From Nautiliaceae bacterium (GTDB taxonomy: Bacteria > Campylobacterota > Campylobacteria > Campylobacterales > Nautiliaceae): a DNA stretch of 64,000 nt. The stretch spans positions 529 through 64,528 of the forward strand of contig JBDONT010000029.1 in assembly GCA_039831155.1 (NCBI GenBank). Reading direction: 5' to 3'. Position 1 is the stretch's first letter, and the number at the start of each line of letters is the position of its first letter. The translations under genes and the position numbers were made by a program. Shown here in pieces: positions 10,981 through 21,374 of the stretch. The notes under the pieces were generated by a model. The model saw nothing but the letters and a program-made list of their open reading frames with translations, did not search any database and was not told the origin of the DNA.

Positions 10981-12341
10981 TGTTTATTATAGTGGAAAAT
11001 AATAAGATAACGGGGATAGAAAAAAATTTATTAAACGATTTAAATATTACACTGGAATCGATTTCCGAATTTATCAATACTTTAGAATTACAAATAGCAA
11101 GTTTAACAGATTCTCAATTAAATATTAACAATAAAACATTTAATGTAAATGAAATTGAGATTATTTCTACAAAAAATATAAAAATTTTCAAATTAAAAGA
11201 AGTTTCAAATTCAAAACTTGAAGTTAAAGAAGAACCGTCACTTAATCCGGACGATTTACTGACAACTCCTAAAGAAGACGACAACTTAATAAAAGAAGAA
11301 CCGTCACTTAATCCGGACGATTTACTGACAACTCCTAAAGAAGACGACAACTTAATAAAAGAAGAACCGTCACTTAATCCGGACGATTTACTGACAACTC
11401 CTAAAGAAGACGACAACTTAATAAAAGAAGAACCGTCACTTAATCCGGACGATTTATTAGCAACTCCTAAAGAAGACGACAACTTAATAAAAGAAGAACC
11501 GTCACTTAATCCGGACGATTTACTGACAACTCCTAAAGAAGACGACAACTTAATAAAAGAAGAACCGTCACTTAATCCGGACGATTTACTGACAACTCCT
11601 AAAGAAGATATTTCAACGGAAAAAAACAGCGAAAAAGAAAAAGAAAACATTGAAGAAGAACCGACCACCGACAGTTTAGATTTTTCAAATCAAGAACCTT
11701 TAAAAGAACCTCTCAAACAAAACGAAATAAATTTAGGAGAAGAGAGTGAAGAAATAGAAATTTCTTTTGAAGACGATTTAGACGAAATAAAAGAAATTTT
11801 AGAATTAAGTACTGCGGAATTTAATAAACTAATAGAAGAAGAACTTCAAAAAGCTTCGAATGAGTTAGGAATAGATATAAAAGACTTAAGAGATTGGTAC
11901 CTGCAATTACTAGAACAAATACAAGAAGAAAAAAGCACAATATATAAAAACATAAAAAAAGCGGATTATGACGCATTACATAAAAATTATCATAAATTAA
12001 AAGGTGCGGCTTTAAATTTAAGATTATCCAAAATAGCTATTATTTTAAAAAAACTTGACGAATTATCCAAAGATAAAGAAGATATAAACAAAATTAAAAA
12101 AATTACGGATGATTTTTATTTACTATTCGAAAACAAAACTAAAACTTCCTCTCAAGAAAAAGATGAAATCACACCTATAAAAAATAATTTTTTAGAAAAA
12201 ATAATAATTCAAACCATTCAAACTTATTTGAAAACTCAAGACGAAGAAAGATTTAAAAAGGATAAAAAATACATAGAAAAAGTTTTAGGACAAAAAATAG
12301 AATCGATTGAAGATTTACAAAAATTCGTAAAAGGAATATAA
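10980..12341 (+). CDS. Hpt (histidine phosphotransfer) protein with acidic tandem-repeat linker
   Basis: HKLKGAALNLRL Hpt motif in the C-terminal half; 22-aa repeats in the linker. Confidence 0.8.
   Translation: MFIIVENNKITGIEKNLLNDLNITLESISEFINTLELQIASLTDSQLNINNKTFNVNEIEIISTKNIKIFKLKEVSNSKLEVKEEPSLNPDDLLTTPKEDDNLIKEEPSLNPDDLLTTPKEDDNLIKEEPSLNPDDLLTTPKEDDNLIKEEPSLNPDDLLATPKEDDNLIKEEPSLNPDDLLTTPKEDDNLIKEEPSLNPDDLLTTPKEDISTEKNSEKEKENIEEEPTTDSLDFSNQEPLKEPLKQNEINLGEESEEIEISFEDDLDEIKEILELSTAEFNKLIEEELQKASNELGIDIKDLRDWYLQLLEQIQEEKSTIYKNIKKADYDALHKNYHKLKGAALNLRLSKIAIILKKLDELSKDKEDINKIKKITDDFYLLFENKTKTSSQEKDEITPIKNNFLEKIIIQTIQTYLKTQDEERFKKDKKYIEKVLGQKIESIEDLQKFVKGI
11226..11608 (+). repeat. In-frame 66-bp tandem repeat, 5 full copies plus a partial sixth
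   Basis: Units start at 11226, 11292, 11358, 11424, 11490 and 11556 and encode KEEPSLNPDDLLTTPKEDDNLI; copy 4 has 3 substitutions (TTA-TTA-GCA versus TTA-CTG-ACA). Confidence 0.98.
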
Positions 12342-12727
12342 TGAAAAAGTTAATTGTTGCGATATTATTATTAATAAATAGCAGCTATGCGGCAAATTTA
12401 TATTTTAATGCTTTTCAAGACATAAAAAAAGCTAAAAGATTATTAAATAGCAATCCCGACAAAGCTAACAGTTTATTTATAGAAGCCGCCGGTTATTTAA
12501 AACAAGTAATCAATTCGTCCATTAACACTAATAAACCGTCCGGAAACGCTTTATACTTATTGGGAGAGATGTATTATAACGGCTGGGGAGTAAAGAAAAA
12601 CACGAAAAAAGCTTATAAGCTTTTTTGTGCGGCTAAACAATTAGGTAATTTTAAAGCTAAAACACAAGTTAACAAATTAAAAATCAAATGCAAAGTAATA
12701 AAAAACTTTAAGGAGCTACAACAATGA
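12341..12727 (+). CDS. Exported Sel1-like repeat protein
   Basis: Signal peptide; [34 protein letters not shown] is a Sel1 repeat. Confidence 0.8.
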   Translation: MKKLIVAILLLINSSYAANLYFNAFQDIKKAKRLLNSNPDKANSLFIEAAGYLKQVINSSINTNKPSGNALYLLGEMYYNGWGVKKNTKKAYKLFCAAKQLGNFKAKTQVNKLKIKCKVIKNFKELQQ

Positions 12728-15700
12728 AACTATCATTAACAAAACTACTTGCAATTGCAATATGGGTGCCGTCTATTATATTAATTTCCATTAGCGGATA
12801 TTTCTTGTACGTAAATTACGGTAAATATTCAAGCACTCAAAAAAGTTTGAAATATCTTCAACTTGCCAAAACATTAGAAGATATGTTGCTTTATTTGGGT
12901 CAAGAAAGAGGTACCAGTTCTATTTATGCTGTTTCAAAAGGTCAATACCCTAATTCAAAAAAAATAGTTTTACAAAAAAGACAACTATTTACAAAATCCG
13001 TAAACAGATTTAAAAATTTTATCAATAAACATCCGGAATTTTACAATGATGCAAAAGATGTTTTGAGTTTTTTAAACAGACTTGATGCTACAAGAAAAAA
13101 AATCGACTCTTTTAAAGAAAACTATATAAAAGGAGATTTCTTTAAATATTATACGGTTTTAGAACAAAAAATTATGAACCTCCAATCTAAAATTTACTCT
13201 CACTTTCCTCAAGAAATTAAAGATAAATACGCCGTTAAAATAGAACTTGAAAAATTAATCGCTTATTCCGGTATTACAAGAGGTTTCGGTTCTTATTATA
13301 TTACCGCGGATATGCCTATGAGCGAAAACGAATATAAAAACGTTCTTTTAAAATATTTTCACGACAGTAATATTTTAATTACAAGTATCTTATCGCATCA
13401 AAAAATCAAACAACTACTACATTCGAAAGAGTTTCAAAACATAGAAAGAAATATTAAAACGAATATATTCTATCTTCAACAAGCAAACCAAGAATATTAT
13501 ATTACCGGAGAATTTAACGGATACCCTATAGATGCTTTGGATTTCTTCTCAACCTTTACGAAACGTATTTCGGTATTCCAAGATATAGTGCATTATCTTA
13601 ATAAAAATATCAATGAAGTTTTAAACTCCATTATAGCTCAAGAAATAAAAACAAGAAATATCAATTTAACTATCTTCGTATTAGCGATATTGATGTTACT
13701 TCTAGGTTTTTATATCGAAAAAGCTATTATCAAACATATTCACACTCTTTCGGATTTAATTACGTCTTTAACTCCTATTACCGGTAAAAAAATAGAAATT
13801 GACATCACTACCGCTAAAGGGATGGATGAAGCGTTAAAAATTGTGGATGAAGCAATTAAAATTACTCAAGCATCAGTAAAAAAAGCTGAAGAGGCTACAA
13901 AAGCAAAATCTCTATTCCTTGCAAATATGTCACACGAAATCAGAACTCCTCTAAACGGTATTTTAGGTTTCTTAGAACTTTTAAACACTACCGACTTAAC
14001 GGAAGAGCAAATAGATTATGTAAATACAATCGCTCAAAGTGCCAAAAACTTACTTCAAATCGTTAATAACATCTTAGACGTGTCAAAAATCGAAAGCAAT
14101 AAAGTTTCACTAGAACTTATCGACTTTAAAGCACTTGACGAATTTGAAAACACCTTGGAAATTTTCGGTACTCCTGCCGCTCAAAAAAACATAGAATTTA
14201 TAACTGAAATATCTCCTAATATGCCATCGGTAATTAAAGGAGATATTTTAAAAATCAAAGAAATAATTACCAATCTAATGAGTAACGCCATTAAATTTAC
14301 ACCTGAAAACGGAACTATCAGCGTTAAAATAAAACTGGAAAAAATTATAGACAACAAAGCTAAAATTTACTTTGAAGTAAAAGACACCGGTATCGGTATG
14401 AGTGAAGAACAAAAAGAAAAAGTATTCGAAGCGTTTTCTCAAGCGGACGAATCGGTTACTAGAAAATACGGAGGTACCGGTCTTGGTCTTACAATCGTAA
14501 AATCTTATATAGAAATGATGGGCGGGCAAATTTATGTAGAAAGCGAACTAAATAAAGGTACTAAGTTTTATTTCGATTTAATGTTCGAAATAGTAAACCC
14601 TAAACCTAAATTTGATAAAAACTTCTTCGCAAATAAAGAAATAGCTATATTAAACACTCAAAAAGAATCTTTAAGAAAAGAAACCACCATTGAGTATTTA
14701 AACTATTTCGGAGCTAATAAAGTAGGATTTAACGACATAAACGAATTAAGAGCCCTACAAGGTAGAGAAAAATTCGACGGAGTAATGATTTTCTACGATG
14801 AAAGCGATAAAAGCGTAATTGAAGAATTGGATGCTCTCAACATTCCTAAAATCTTCGTAGCTTCTTACTCTAAAAAAGAGATTATTAATAAATTGAATTA
14901 CGAAGCGGTTATTTTCGACCCTAATTTACCTTCTAAAATATTCAAAGCATTAGAATCACTGGAAAAAGTACCGACAAACTCTCAAACAAAAACAAACGTA
15001 AAAGAAAAAGTGCAACACAAAGAAATTTACTCTTTAAAAGCACTAATAGCGGAAGACAATCCTATTAATCAAAAATTACTTCAAACAACTCTAAAAACTT
15101 TAGGTATCGAAAGCGATATAGCTAAAAACGGGCTTGAAGCGTTTAATAAATACACCACAAACCCTAATAAATACGACGTAATCTTTATGGACGTTCAAAT
15201 GCCGGTAATGGACGGACTTGAAGCTACTCACGAAATTTTAGAATTCGAAGCTGAAGAAGGCGTAGCTCACACTCCTATTATTGCAGTTACCGCAAACGTT
15301 TTAAAAGGAGACAGAGAAAGATTCCTAGGTGCCGGTATGGACGAATACATTTCAAAACCTATCTCAAAAGACGCTTTATTAAAAATACTTGAGAGAGTAG
15401 CACATGGAGACTTTACAAAATACTCTTCTCAAGAAATTCAAGAATCTAAGCCAACCGAAAATATTACTATAGAAGAAAAAGAAACAACAGCTACTACAGA
15501 AAGTAATAAAGAACAAATAATTGCCGCAACGGAAGAGAATTCATTCTTTTCAACTTATATAAAAAACGTAATTAATGATATAATAATAGCTGAGAATATC
15601 GGAAAATTATCCGAATTGTTAGCTAAAAATCCTAATTCGGTAATCTTAATAGATGAAGACTTTACCGAAGACTTAGAAGGATTAATCAAAAACTTAAAAA

Positions 15701-15813
15701 AACTACACCCTAAAAAAATTATTATCATAAGCGATAGCGAAAAAGCTATAAACGGTGTCGAATTTTTAAGTGATTTACAACCGGATAATATTAAAAAAGC
15801 AATAAAAGGATAA
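12724..15813 (+). CDS. Hybrid sensor histidine kinase with NIT-like periplasmic domain and receiver domain(s)
   Basis: Two TMs; LGQERG motif typical of NIT domains; H-box [15 protein letters not shown]; N/G boxes (NAIKFT, DTGIG, GGTGLGL); receiver with AEDN and DVQMP. Confidence 0.9.
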   Translation: MKLSLTKLLAIAIWVPSIILISISGYFLYVNYGKYSSTQKSLKYLQLAKTLEDMLLYLGQERGTSSIYAVSKGQYPNSKKIVLQKRQLFTKSVNRFKNFINKHPEFYNDAKDVLSFLNRLDATRKKIDSFKENYIKGDFFKYYTVLEQKIMNLQSKIYSHFPQEIKDKYAVKIELEKLIAYSGITRGFGSYYITADMPMSENEYKNVLLKYFHDSNILITSILSHQKIKQLLHSKEFQNIERNIKTNIFYLQQANQEYYITGEFNGYPIDALDFFSTFTKRISVFQDIVHYLNKNINEVLNSIIAQEIKTRNINLTIFVLAILMLLLGFYIEKAIIKHIHTLSDLITSLTPITGKKIEIDITTAKGMDEALKIVDEAIKITQASVKKAEEATKAKSLFLANMSHEIRTPLNGILGFLELLNTTDLTEEQIDYVNTIAQSAKNLLQIVNNILDVSKIESNKVSLELIDFKALDEFENTLEIFGTPAAQKNIEFITEISPNMPSVIKGDILKIKEIITNLMSNAIKFTPENGTISVKIKLEKIIDNKAKIYFEVKDTGIGMSEEQKEKVFEAFSQADESVTRKYGGTGLGLTIVKSYIEMMGGQIYVESELNKGTKFYFDLMFEIVNPKPKFDKNFFANKEIAILNTQKESLRKETTIEYLNYFGANKVGFNDINELRALQGREKFDGVMIFYDESDKSVIEELDALNIPKIFVASYSKKEIINKLNYEAVIFDPNLPSKIFKALESLEKVPTNSQTKTNVKEKVQHKEIYSLKALIAEDNPINQKLLQTTLKTLGIESDIAKNGLEAFNKYTTNPNKYDVIFMDVQMPVMDGLEATHEILEFEAEEGVAHTPIIAVTANVLKGDRERFLGAGMDEYISKPISKDALLKILERVAHGDFTKYSSQEIQESKPTENITIEEKETTATTESNKEQIIAATEENSFFSTYIKNVINDIIIAENIGKLSELLAKNPNSVILIDEDFTEDLEGLIKNLKKLHPKKIIIISDSEKAINGVEFLSDLQPDNIKKAIKG

Positions 15814-15817
15814 GACA

Positions 15818-16177
15818 ATGCCGATTAAAAAAGTGTTAGTAGTGGATGACGACCCGATTAATAGAAAACTTATAGTAAATATCCTTTCAAAAAAAGGTTT
15901 TGAAACGATAGAAGCCGGAAATGGTGTAGAAGCATTTGAAGTATTAGAACACAATGAAATTGATATTATTTTACTTGATATCGTTATGCCGGTAATGAAC
16001 GGTATAGAGTTTTTAAAAGAGATAAAAACCAAGCCTCAATTTTTAAATCTTCCTATTATTATTTTAACGACTGACGACAGTAAAAAAACGGAAGTATTAT
16101 CTTTAGGAGCGGACGATATTATTATAAAACCTATTTCTCCTGTTTCTCTATTAGAAAAAATGTCAAACTACGCTTAA
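15818..16177 (+). CDS. Single-domain response regulator (CheY-like)
   Basis: VDDD, LDIVMPVMNG, T and KP motifs; no output domain. Confidence 0.9.
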   Translation: MPIKKVLVVDDDPINRKLIVNILSKKGFETIEAGNGVEAFEVLEHNEIDIILLDIVMPVMNGIEFLKEIKTKPQFLNLPIIILTTDDSKKTEVLSLGADDIIIKPISPVSLLEKMSNYA

Positions 16178-16201
16178 AATTTCTCCCTCAAGGGAGAAAT
16201 T
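16178..16201. terminator. Probable bidirectional intrinsic terminator
   Basis: AATTTCTCCC-TCAA-GGGAGAAATT, a 10-bp stem between convergent genes. Confidence 0.75.
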
Positions 16202-17267
16202 AATAAACTTTAATTTCATTATACAAACTATCTCTCTCTACCGGTATAAATCCGCTATCTTTAATCAAATAAACCAATTCATCCAAATTCAAACCGTTTG
16301 AAGACAAAGCTCCGGCAGCAGAATTTATGGACTCTTTTTCAATAGTTCCGTCAATATCGTTAGCTCCGTATTCTTGAGCTACTAAAGAGAGATTAAGAGT
16401 GGTAGTAACCCAATAAGCTTTGATATTAGGAATATTCTCAAGCAAAATTCTACTAATTGCAATCGTTTTTAAAATTTCAACTCCCGTCAAAAATTTATCC
16501 ACTTTCAAATAGTTGTTTTTTCTCTGATACACAAGAGGAATAAAAGCATTAAACCCGCCTGTTTTTTCCTGTAATTTTTTTATTCTTAATATATGATCGA
16601 TTCTATGTTTTTTATTTTCAATATGTCCAAAAAGCATCGTAACATTTGATTTTTTACCCGCTTTATGCCATATTTCGTGAATTTTTAACCAATTTTCACT
16701 ACTAACTTTTCCTTTACATATTTTAGCTCTTACATTTTCATCAAAAATTTCGGCTCCTCCTCCCGGCATCGAATCCACACCGGCATTAATCATATCTTCT
16801 AATACATCTTCATAACTTTTTCCGCTAAGTTCACTTAAAAAGTTAACTTCAGCAGCCGTAAAAGCTTTTATATGAATATCCGGTAATTCTTTTTTTATCT
16901 CTTTTACTATATTCATATAATAATCATACCCTACCTCCGGATTATGGGCAGAAACTATATGAACTTCTTTAGCTCCTTTTTCATAAGCGTTTTTTGCAAC
17001 CTCAACACATTCATCAACACTCATCGTATAAGGGTGTAGATTCTTTCTATGAGCGGAAAAAGCACAAAATTTACAGACATCCTTACAGATATTAGTAGGA
17101 TTAATGTGTCTATTAATATTAAAATAAGTTTTTTTCCCAAACTTCTCTTCTCTTATTTTATTTGCAAAAAAGCCTAAATCAAAAAGCTCCGAATCATACA
17201 ATTTTTCCGCTTCCTTAATAGAAAGCTCCTCTTTATTTTCAAGTTTTTTTAGTAAAACTTTATTCAT
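16200..17267 (-). CDS. mqnE: Aminofutalosine synthase MqnE (CofH-family radical SAM)
   Basis: NRHINPTNICKDVCKFCAF, SMPGGGAEIF, NIKAYW, GANDIDGT. Confidence 0.88.
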   Translation of the reverse strand: MNKVLLKKLENKEELSIKEAEKLYDSELFDLGFFANKIREEKFGKKTYFNINRHINPTNICKDVCKFCAFSAHRKNLHPYTMSVDECVEVAKNAYEKGAKEVHIVSAHNPEVGYDYYMNIVKEIKKELPDIHIKAFTAAEVNFLSELSGKSYEDVLEDMINAGVDSMPGGGAEIFDENVRAKICKGKVSSENWLKIHEIWHKAGKKSNVTMLFGHIENKKHRIDHILRIKKLQEKTGGFNAFIPLVYQRKNNYLKVDKFLTGVEILKTIAISRILLENIPNIKAYWVTTTLNLSLVAQEYGANDIDGTIEKESINSAAGALSSNGLNLDELVYLIKDSGFIPVERDSLYNEIKVY

Positions 17268-17313
17268 AAAAATTCCTTATTTTTTATGATAAAATATCAT
17301 AAAAGGAAAGAAA

Positions 17314-19758
17314 ATGCAACTACAAGAAATAATTTATTCTTCTAACAACGACTTGGAAATCGCAAAAAAAATAAAAGCGGCAATAAAAGAATATTTAAGC
17401 GGTGTAACGGTAGAAGGCGGTAAAGATTTTTTCGTAAAACACACAAAAAAAACGGATGAGTTTATAACTCTAATTTATAAATATATTTTAAAAAAAAATT
17501 TTTCTGATTACGCTCCTTCCGTTAATTCCATACCGATATCCATTATAGCTTTAGGTTCTTACGGAAGAGAACAACTCTCCATCTATTCGGATATAGATAT
17601 TATGATTGTTTATAAAGAAATAAAAGGTTACAACTTAAAAGAAATAATAGAAAATTTTATAACTATGCTTTGGGATTTAGGATTAAAAATAGGTCATAGA
17701 GTTCACGAAATAAACGACTTATTTCCGGCAAGTAACGAAGACATTACCATTAAAACCGCAATGCTTGAGAGCAGATTTATATTCGGAAGCAAATTTTTAT
17801 GGTATGAAGTTGAAAACGAATTGAATAAAATAAGAAATTACAAAAAAAAAGAATATATTCTGGCAAAATATGAAGAAATGCTAAACAGACATAAAAAACA
17901 CCCTATTTCAATGGAACCGAACATAAAAGACGGATTCGGAGGGATAAGAGACGCCAATACTCTATTTTGGATTAATAAAGTAATTTTCAACTATCCTAAT
18001 AATTCTTATTTAGTACCTAAATACGCTAGTGAAGAAGAGTTTAAAGAATATAGAAGTTCACTTGAATTCTTGTTTAAAGTAAGAGTTTATTTGCATCTTG
18101 CCGCTAAGAAAAAAATAGATAAAGTATTACTTGAATACCAAAGAGAAATAGCTCTAAAAATGGGTTATTCCGATTCTCCCAGAATTAAAGCCGAAAGAAA
18201 ATTTATAAAGGATTTATTAAAAGCCCTTTGGACAATAAATACTTTTACTTCAATTACTATAAAAAAAATAATAAAACCGTTTTTATATTCCCATTCATAC
18301 TCCGGAATCAAACAAAAAAGAGTAAAAAAAGATTATTACTTATACGAAGAAACAATTTACACCAGATTTAATAATAAAGAATCTTATAAAGAAACTTTTT
18401 CAAATCTCTTGGAAATAAATTTTAAAAAAACCGATATTTCAATTACCGCAGCATTAAAGAAAAAATACTCGTTAAACAAAAAATTGAAAAAAGAGATGTT
18501 CTTTAAAGAAAATCTTTACCCTCTTTTGATAGCTTTATACAAGTCCAGAACCTTAGAAAAAATAATTCCTCCTTTTGAAAAAATAAAATATCTGGCTCAA
18601 TTCGACGGATATCACCAATACCCCGTAGATATTCATTCTTTATATACGGTAAAAGAAGTGGAAAACTTAAAAGAGTTTCAAGATTTATCAAATCAAGATA
18701 AAGCAATTTTAAGATTTACCGCTCTTTTTCACGATTTAGGAAAAGGAAGAGTCGAAGAACATTCGATAGTAGGAGCAAAAATAGCTAAAGAATTCGCACA
18801 AAAAATTTCAATGCCAGATAGCACCTTAATATCAAAACTCGTAAGATATCACACTCTTATGTCCAACATCGCTCAAAGAGAAGATATTCATAACGATAAA
18901 ACCATTCTTTCTTTCGCTCAAACAATAGAAGACAAAAGATGTTTAACTCTTTTATATTTATTAACCATAGCCGATATAAAAGCGGTAGGAAAAGGTATAT
19001 TTACGCCTTTTAAAGATTCGCTTTTAAAAACTCTTTATTTAAATACCTTAAATGCTTTAGAAAACAAAGAGTTAATAGACGAAATAGCTCAAAGAAAAAG
19101 AAAAGAAAAACTCCTCCAATCAAAAGAAGAATTTAAAAACTTTCCTAAACTGTTTCAAAAAAAAGTTCTTTCATCTCCGTCCAATCAACTATTTTTACAA
19201 AATTCCACAAATGAAATAATTAAACTTTTAGAATGGATAAAAGATACGAAAGAGTATAAATTCAAATTCGAAAATGAAAAACACCTTATTATTCATATAG
19301 TTAAAAACGATTCTTTAAATTTCTCTTTAAGTTGGTTTTTAGAAAAACTATCCAAACTCAATTTAACTCACTTATCAATTTACAAAATAGGAGATTTTAA
19401 ATATTTTAAAATAGAATTCGAAGAAACAATAAATAAATTTGATTTACCATTAATAGAAGAATATGTCAAAAAAGCCTTCGCCGAAACATTACATACTAAA
19501 GAAAAAGTGAAATTTAATATCAACGAATTTCAAATAGATTTTAATCATTCCCAAAATTACGCTAGTTTAAAGTTACAAACAAAAGATAAAAAAGGTATAA
19601 TTTCAACCGTAATACAAATACTTGACGACTTTGATATTAGAGTTGAAGACATTAAAATTTCAACTCAAAAAAACATAGCAAGAGATTTATTTATAATTTC
19701 GAAAGAAAACAATTTTTGTCAAAAAATAGAAGAAATTTTAAAAAGGCTTTGTGAATGA
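17314..19758 (+). CDS. glnD: PII uridylyltransferase/uridylyl-removing enzyme
   Basis: ALGSYGREQL..YSDIDI nucleotidyltransferase, EPNIKDGFGGIRD, HD domain (FHDLGKG) and C-terminal ACT-like region. Confidence 0.88.
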   Translation: MQLQEIIYSSNNDLEIAKKIKAAIKEYLSGVTVEGGKDFFVKHTKKTDEFITLIYKYILKKNFSDYAPSVNSIPISIIALGSYGREQLSIYSDIDIMIVYKEIKGYNLKEIIENFITMLWDLGLKIGHRVHEINDLFPASNEDITIKTAMLESRFIFGSKFLWYEVENELNKIRNYKKKEYILAKYEEMLNRHKKHPISMEPNIKDGFGGIRDANTLFWINKVIFNYPNNSYLVPKYASEEEFKEYRSSLEFLFKVRVYLHLAAKKKIDKVLLEYQREIALKMGYSDSPRIKAERKFIKDLLKALWTINTFTSITIKKIIKPFLYSHSYSGIKQKRVKKDYYLYEETIYTRFNNKESYKETFSNLLEINFKKTDISITAALKKKYSLNKKLKKEMFFKENLYPLLIALYKSRTLEKIIPPFEKIKYLAQFDGYHQYPVDIHSLYTVKEVENLKEFQDLSNQDKAILRFTALFHDLGKGRVEEHSIVGAKIAKEFAQKISMPDSTLISKLVRYHTLMSNIAQREDIHNDKTILSFAQTIEDKRCLTLLYLLTIADIKAVGKGIFTPFKDSLLKTLYLNTLNALENKELIDEIAQRKRKEKLLQSKEEFKNFPKLFQKKVLSSPSNQLFLQNSTNEIIKLLEWIKDTKEYKFKFENEKHLIIHIVKNDSLNFSLSWFLEKLSKLNLTHLSIYKIGDFKYFKIEFEETINKFDLPLIEEYVKKAFAETLHTKEKVKFNINEFQIDFNHSQNYASLKLQTKDKKGIISTVIQILDDFDIRVEDIKISTQKNIARDLFIISKENNFCQKIEEILKRLCE

Positions 19759-21374
19759 AGAAAAAAATTTTAACCATCTTGGCTTTAATTATAATCATAT
19801 CCACATTGATAAGAACCGTTATTATAAGTTACGCTTTTATCAGTTTTTCAAACAAAATAGTAAACAACGAAGCTAATTTAATTAAAGAACTATTACTAGG
19901 GGTAAAAGAAAAAGAAAAACTGATACGTTTAATAAAAAAAACCAAATACATAAGAGAACTATCTTTTATATCAAAAGATAAACTTCCCGAAAAATTAACG
20001 GCATACAATATTCACGAAAAAAGTTTTACGAAATACATACATTTTCAAGATGACACTTATTTGAAAATAACTTTTAAAAGTGAAAGTTATTTAAAAGAAG
20101 TTATTGAAGCGTTAGCAAGTTTAATCGTACTTGCTTTTATATCTTTAATAATCATAATAGCAACGGTCAACTATTTTTTAACCCCTTATTTGGAAATACT
20201 CGAAAAAGTAAAAAAATCTACTCAACAAATATTAAAAGGTAATTTTGAAGGATTTATAACCACTTCTTTAAAAGGAGAAGCCCAAGAGTTCGTTACCTCT
20301 TATAACACTTTCCTACAAAAATTAAAAGAAAGTTTCGGAGTTATAGAAGAAAAATATACATCCTTAATAGAAAAAGAAAAAACAAACGACCCTCTTAACG
20401 ACGCAAAAGAAACGATAGAACAATTAGCCAATATTTTTAAGTTTAAAAAAATAATAGAAGATGATAAAAATATAGACGATATTTTTAAACGATTAATAAA
20501 AGTAATAAAAGATTTTAAAATAAACAATTTCGCTTTATACGGAGTGGATAATACCGAAAAAAGAGCCTTTTTAATACATGCTCAAGGAGATAAATGCTGC
20601 GAATTCGAAAAAAATTATCAAGAATGTAGAGCGTTTAGATTAAAGGAAATCATAAACTCGGAAGAATTTAAAGAAGTTTGTCAAAGACACTATTGCGAAA
20701 ACAATTACATATGCATACCCTTTAGCACAAAAGGAAACTTTAGCGGCATTTTAAAAATCAATTTAACCGAAAATAAAAAAGAAATAGAAAAAAATCTGCC
20801 TTATATAAAAGCTTATTTAAAAGAAATTTCAGCTATTATAGAAGCTAAATATACCCTTGAACTTTTACATAACCAATCTATTAAAGACCATTTAACGGAT
20901 TTATTCAACAGAAGACATCTAGATAACATCTTACCTATGATAAGTGCAACCGCAAAAAGAAGAAACGAAAAAATAGGATTTTTATTAATCGATATGGACC
21001 ATTTTAAACAAGTAAACGATACTTACGGACATAAAGCCGGAGATAAGGTACTAAAAACTTTATCTGAAATATTAAAAAAATGCACCAGAAACGGTGATAT
21101 AATCATTAGATACGGAGGGGAAGAGTTTTTAGTAATTTTACAAAATATAAAAAATTGCAACGAAGCTTATCTAATAGCTGAAAAAATAAGAAGAGAGATA
21201 CAAAACACTCCTATCAATATTCAAGGGACGGTATTAAATAAAACTATCAGTATAGGTATAAGCGTATATCCTAATCATTGTGAAGAACCTAAAGAGTGCA
21301 TTAAATTAGCGGATGAAGCTTTATATAAAGCTAAAAAAAGCGGTAGAAATAAAATAGTTATTTACTCTTCTTAG
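19755..21374 (+). CDS. Membrane diguanylate cyclase (HAMP + Cys-rich GAF-like + GGDEF)
   Basis: Two TMs, DHLTDLFNRR, IDMDHFKQVNDTYGH..GD, RYGGEEF, with an RNGD I-site five residues before. Confidence 0.9.
   Translation: MKKKILTILALIIIISTLIRTVIISYAFISFSNKIVNNEANLIKELLLGVKEKEKLIRLIKKTKYIRELSFISKDKLPEKLTAYNIHEKSFTKYIHFQDDTYLKITFKSESYLKEVIEALASLIVLAFISLIIIIATVNYFLTPYLEILEKVKKSTQQILKGNFEGFITTSLKGEAQEFVTSYNTFLQKLKESFGVIEEKYTSLIEKEKTNDPLNDAKETIEQLANIFKFKKIIEDDKNIDDIFKRLIKVIKDFKINNFALYGVDNTEKRAFLIHAQGDKCCEFEKNYQECRAFRLKEIINSEEFKEVCQRHYCENNYICIPFSTKGNFSGILKINLTENKKEIEKNLPYIKAYLKEISAIIEAKYTLELLHNQSIKDHLTDLFNRRHLDNILPMISATAKRRNEKIGFLLIDMDHFKQVNDTYGHKAGDKVLKTLSEILKKCTRNGDIIIRYGGEEFLVILQNIKNCNEAYLIAEKIRREIQNTPINIQGTVLNKTISIGISVYPNHCEEPKECIKLADEALYKAKKSGRNKIVIYSS

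Noticed and set aside
11226-11608. Repeat array considered as a possible CRISPR
   Set aside because: Head-to-tail units with no unique spacers, length a multiple of 3, in frame in a gene, and no cas genes nearby
11114-11668. 184-aa Ser-rich antisense ORF
   Set aside because: Mirror image of the 66-bp repeat on the opposite strand; no SD and no independent signal
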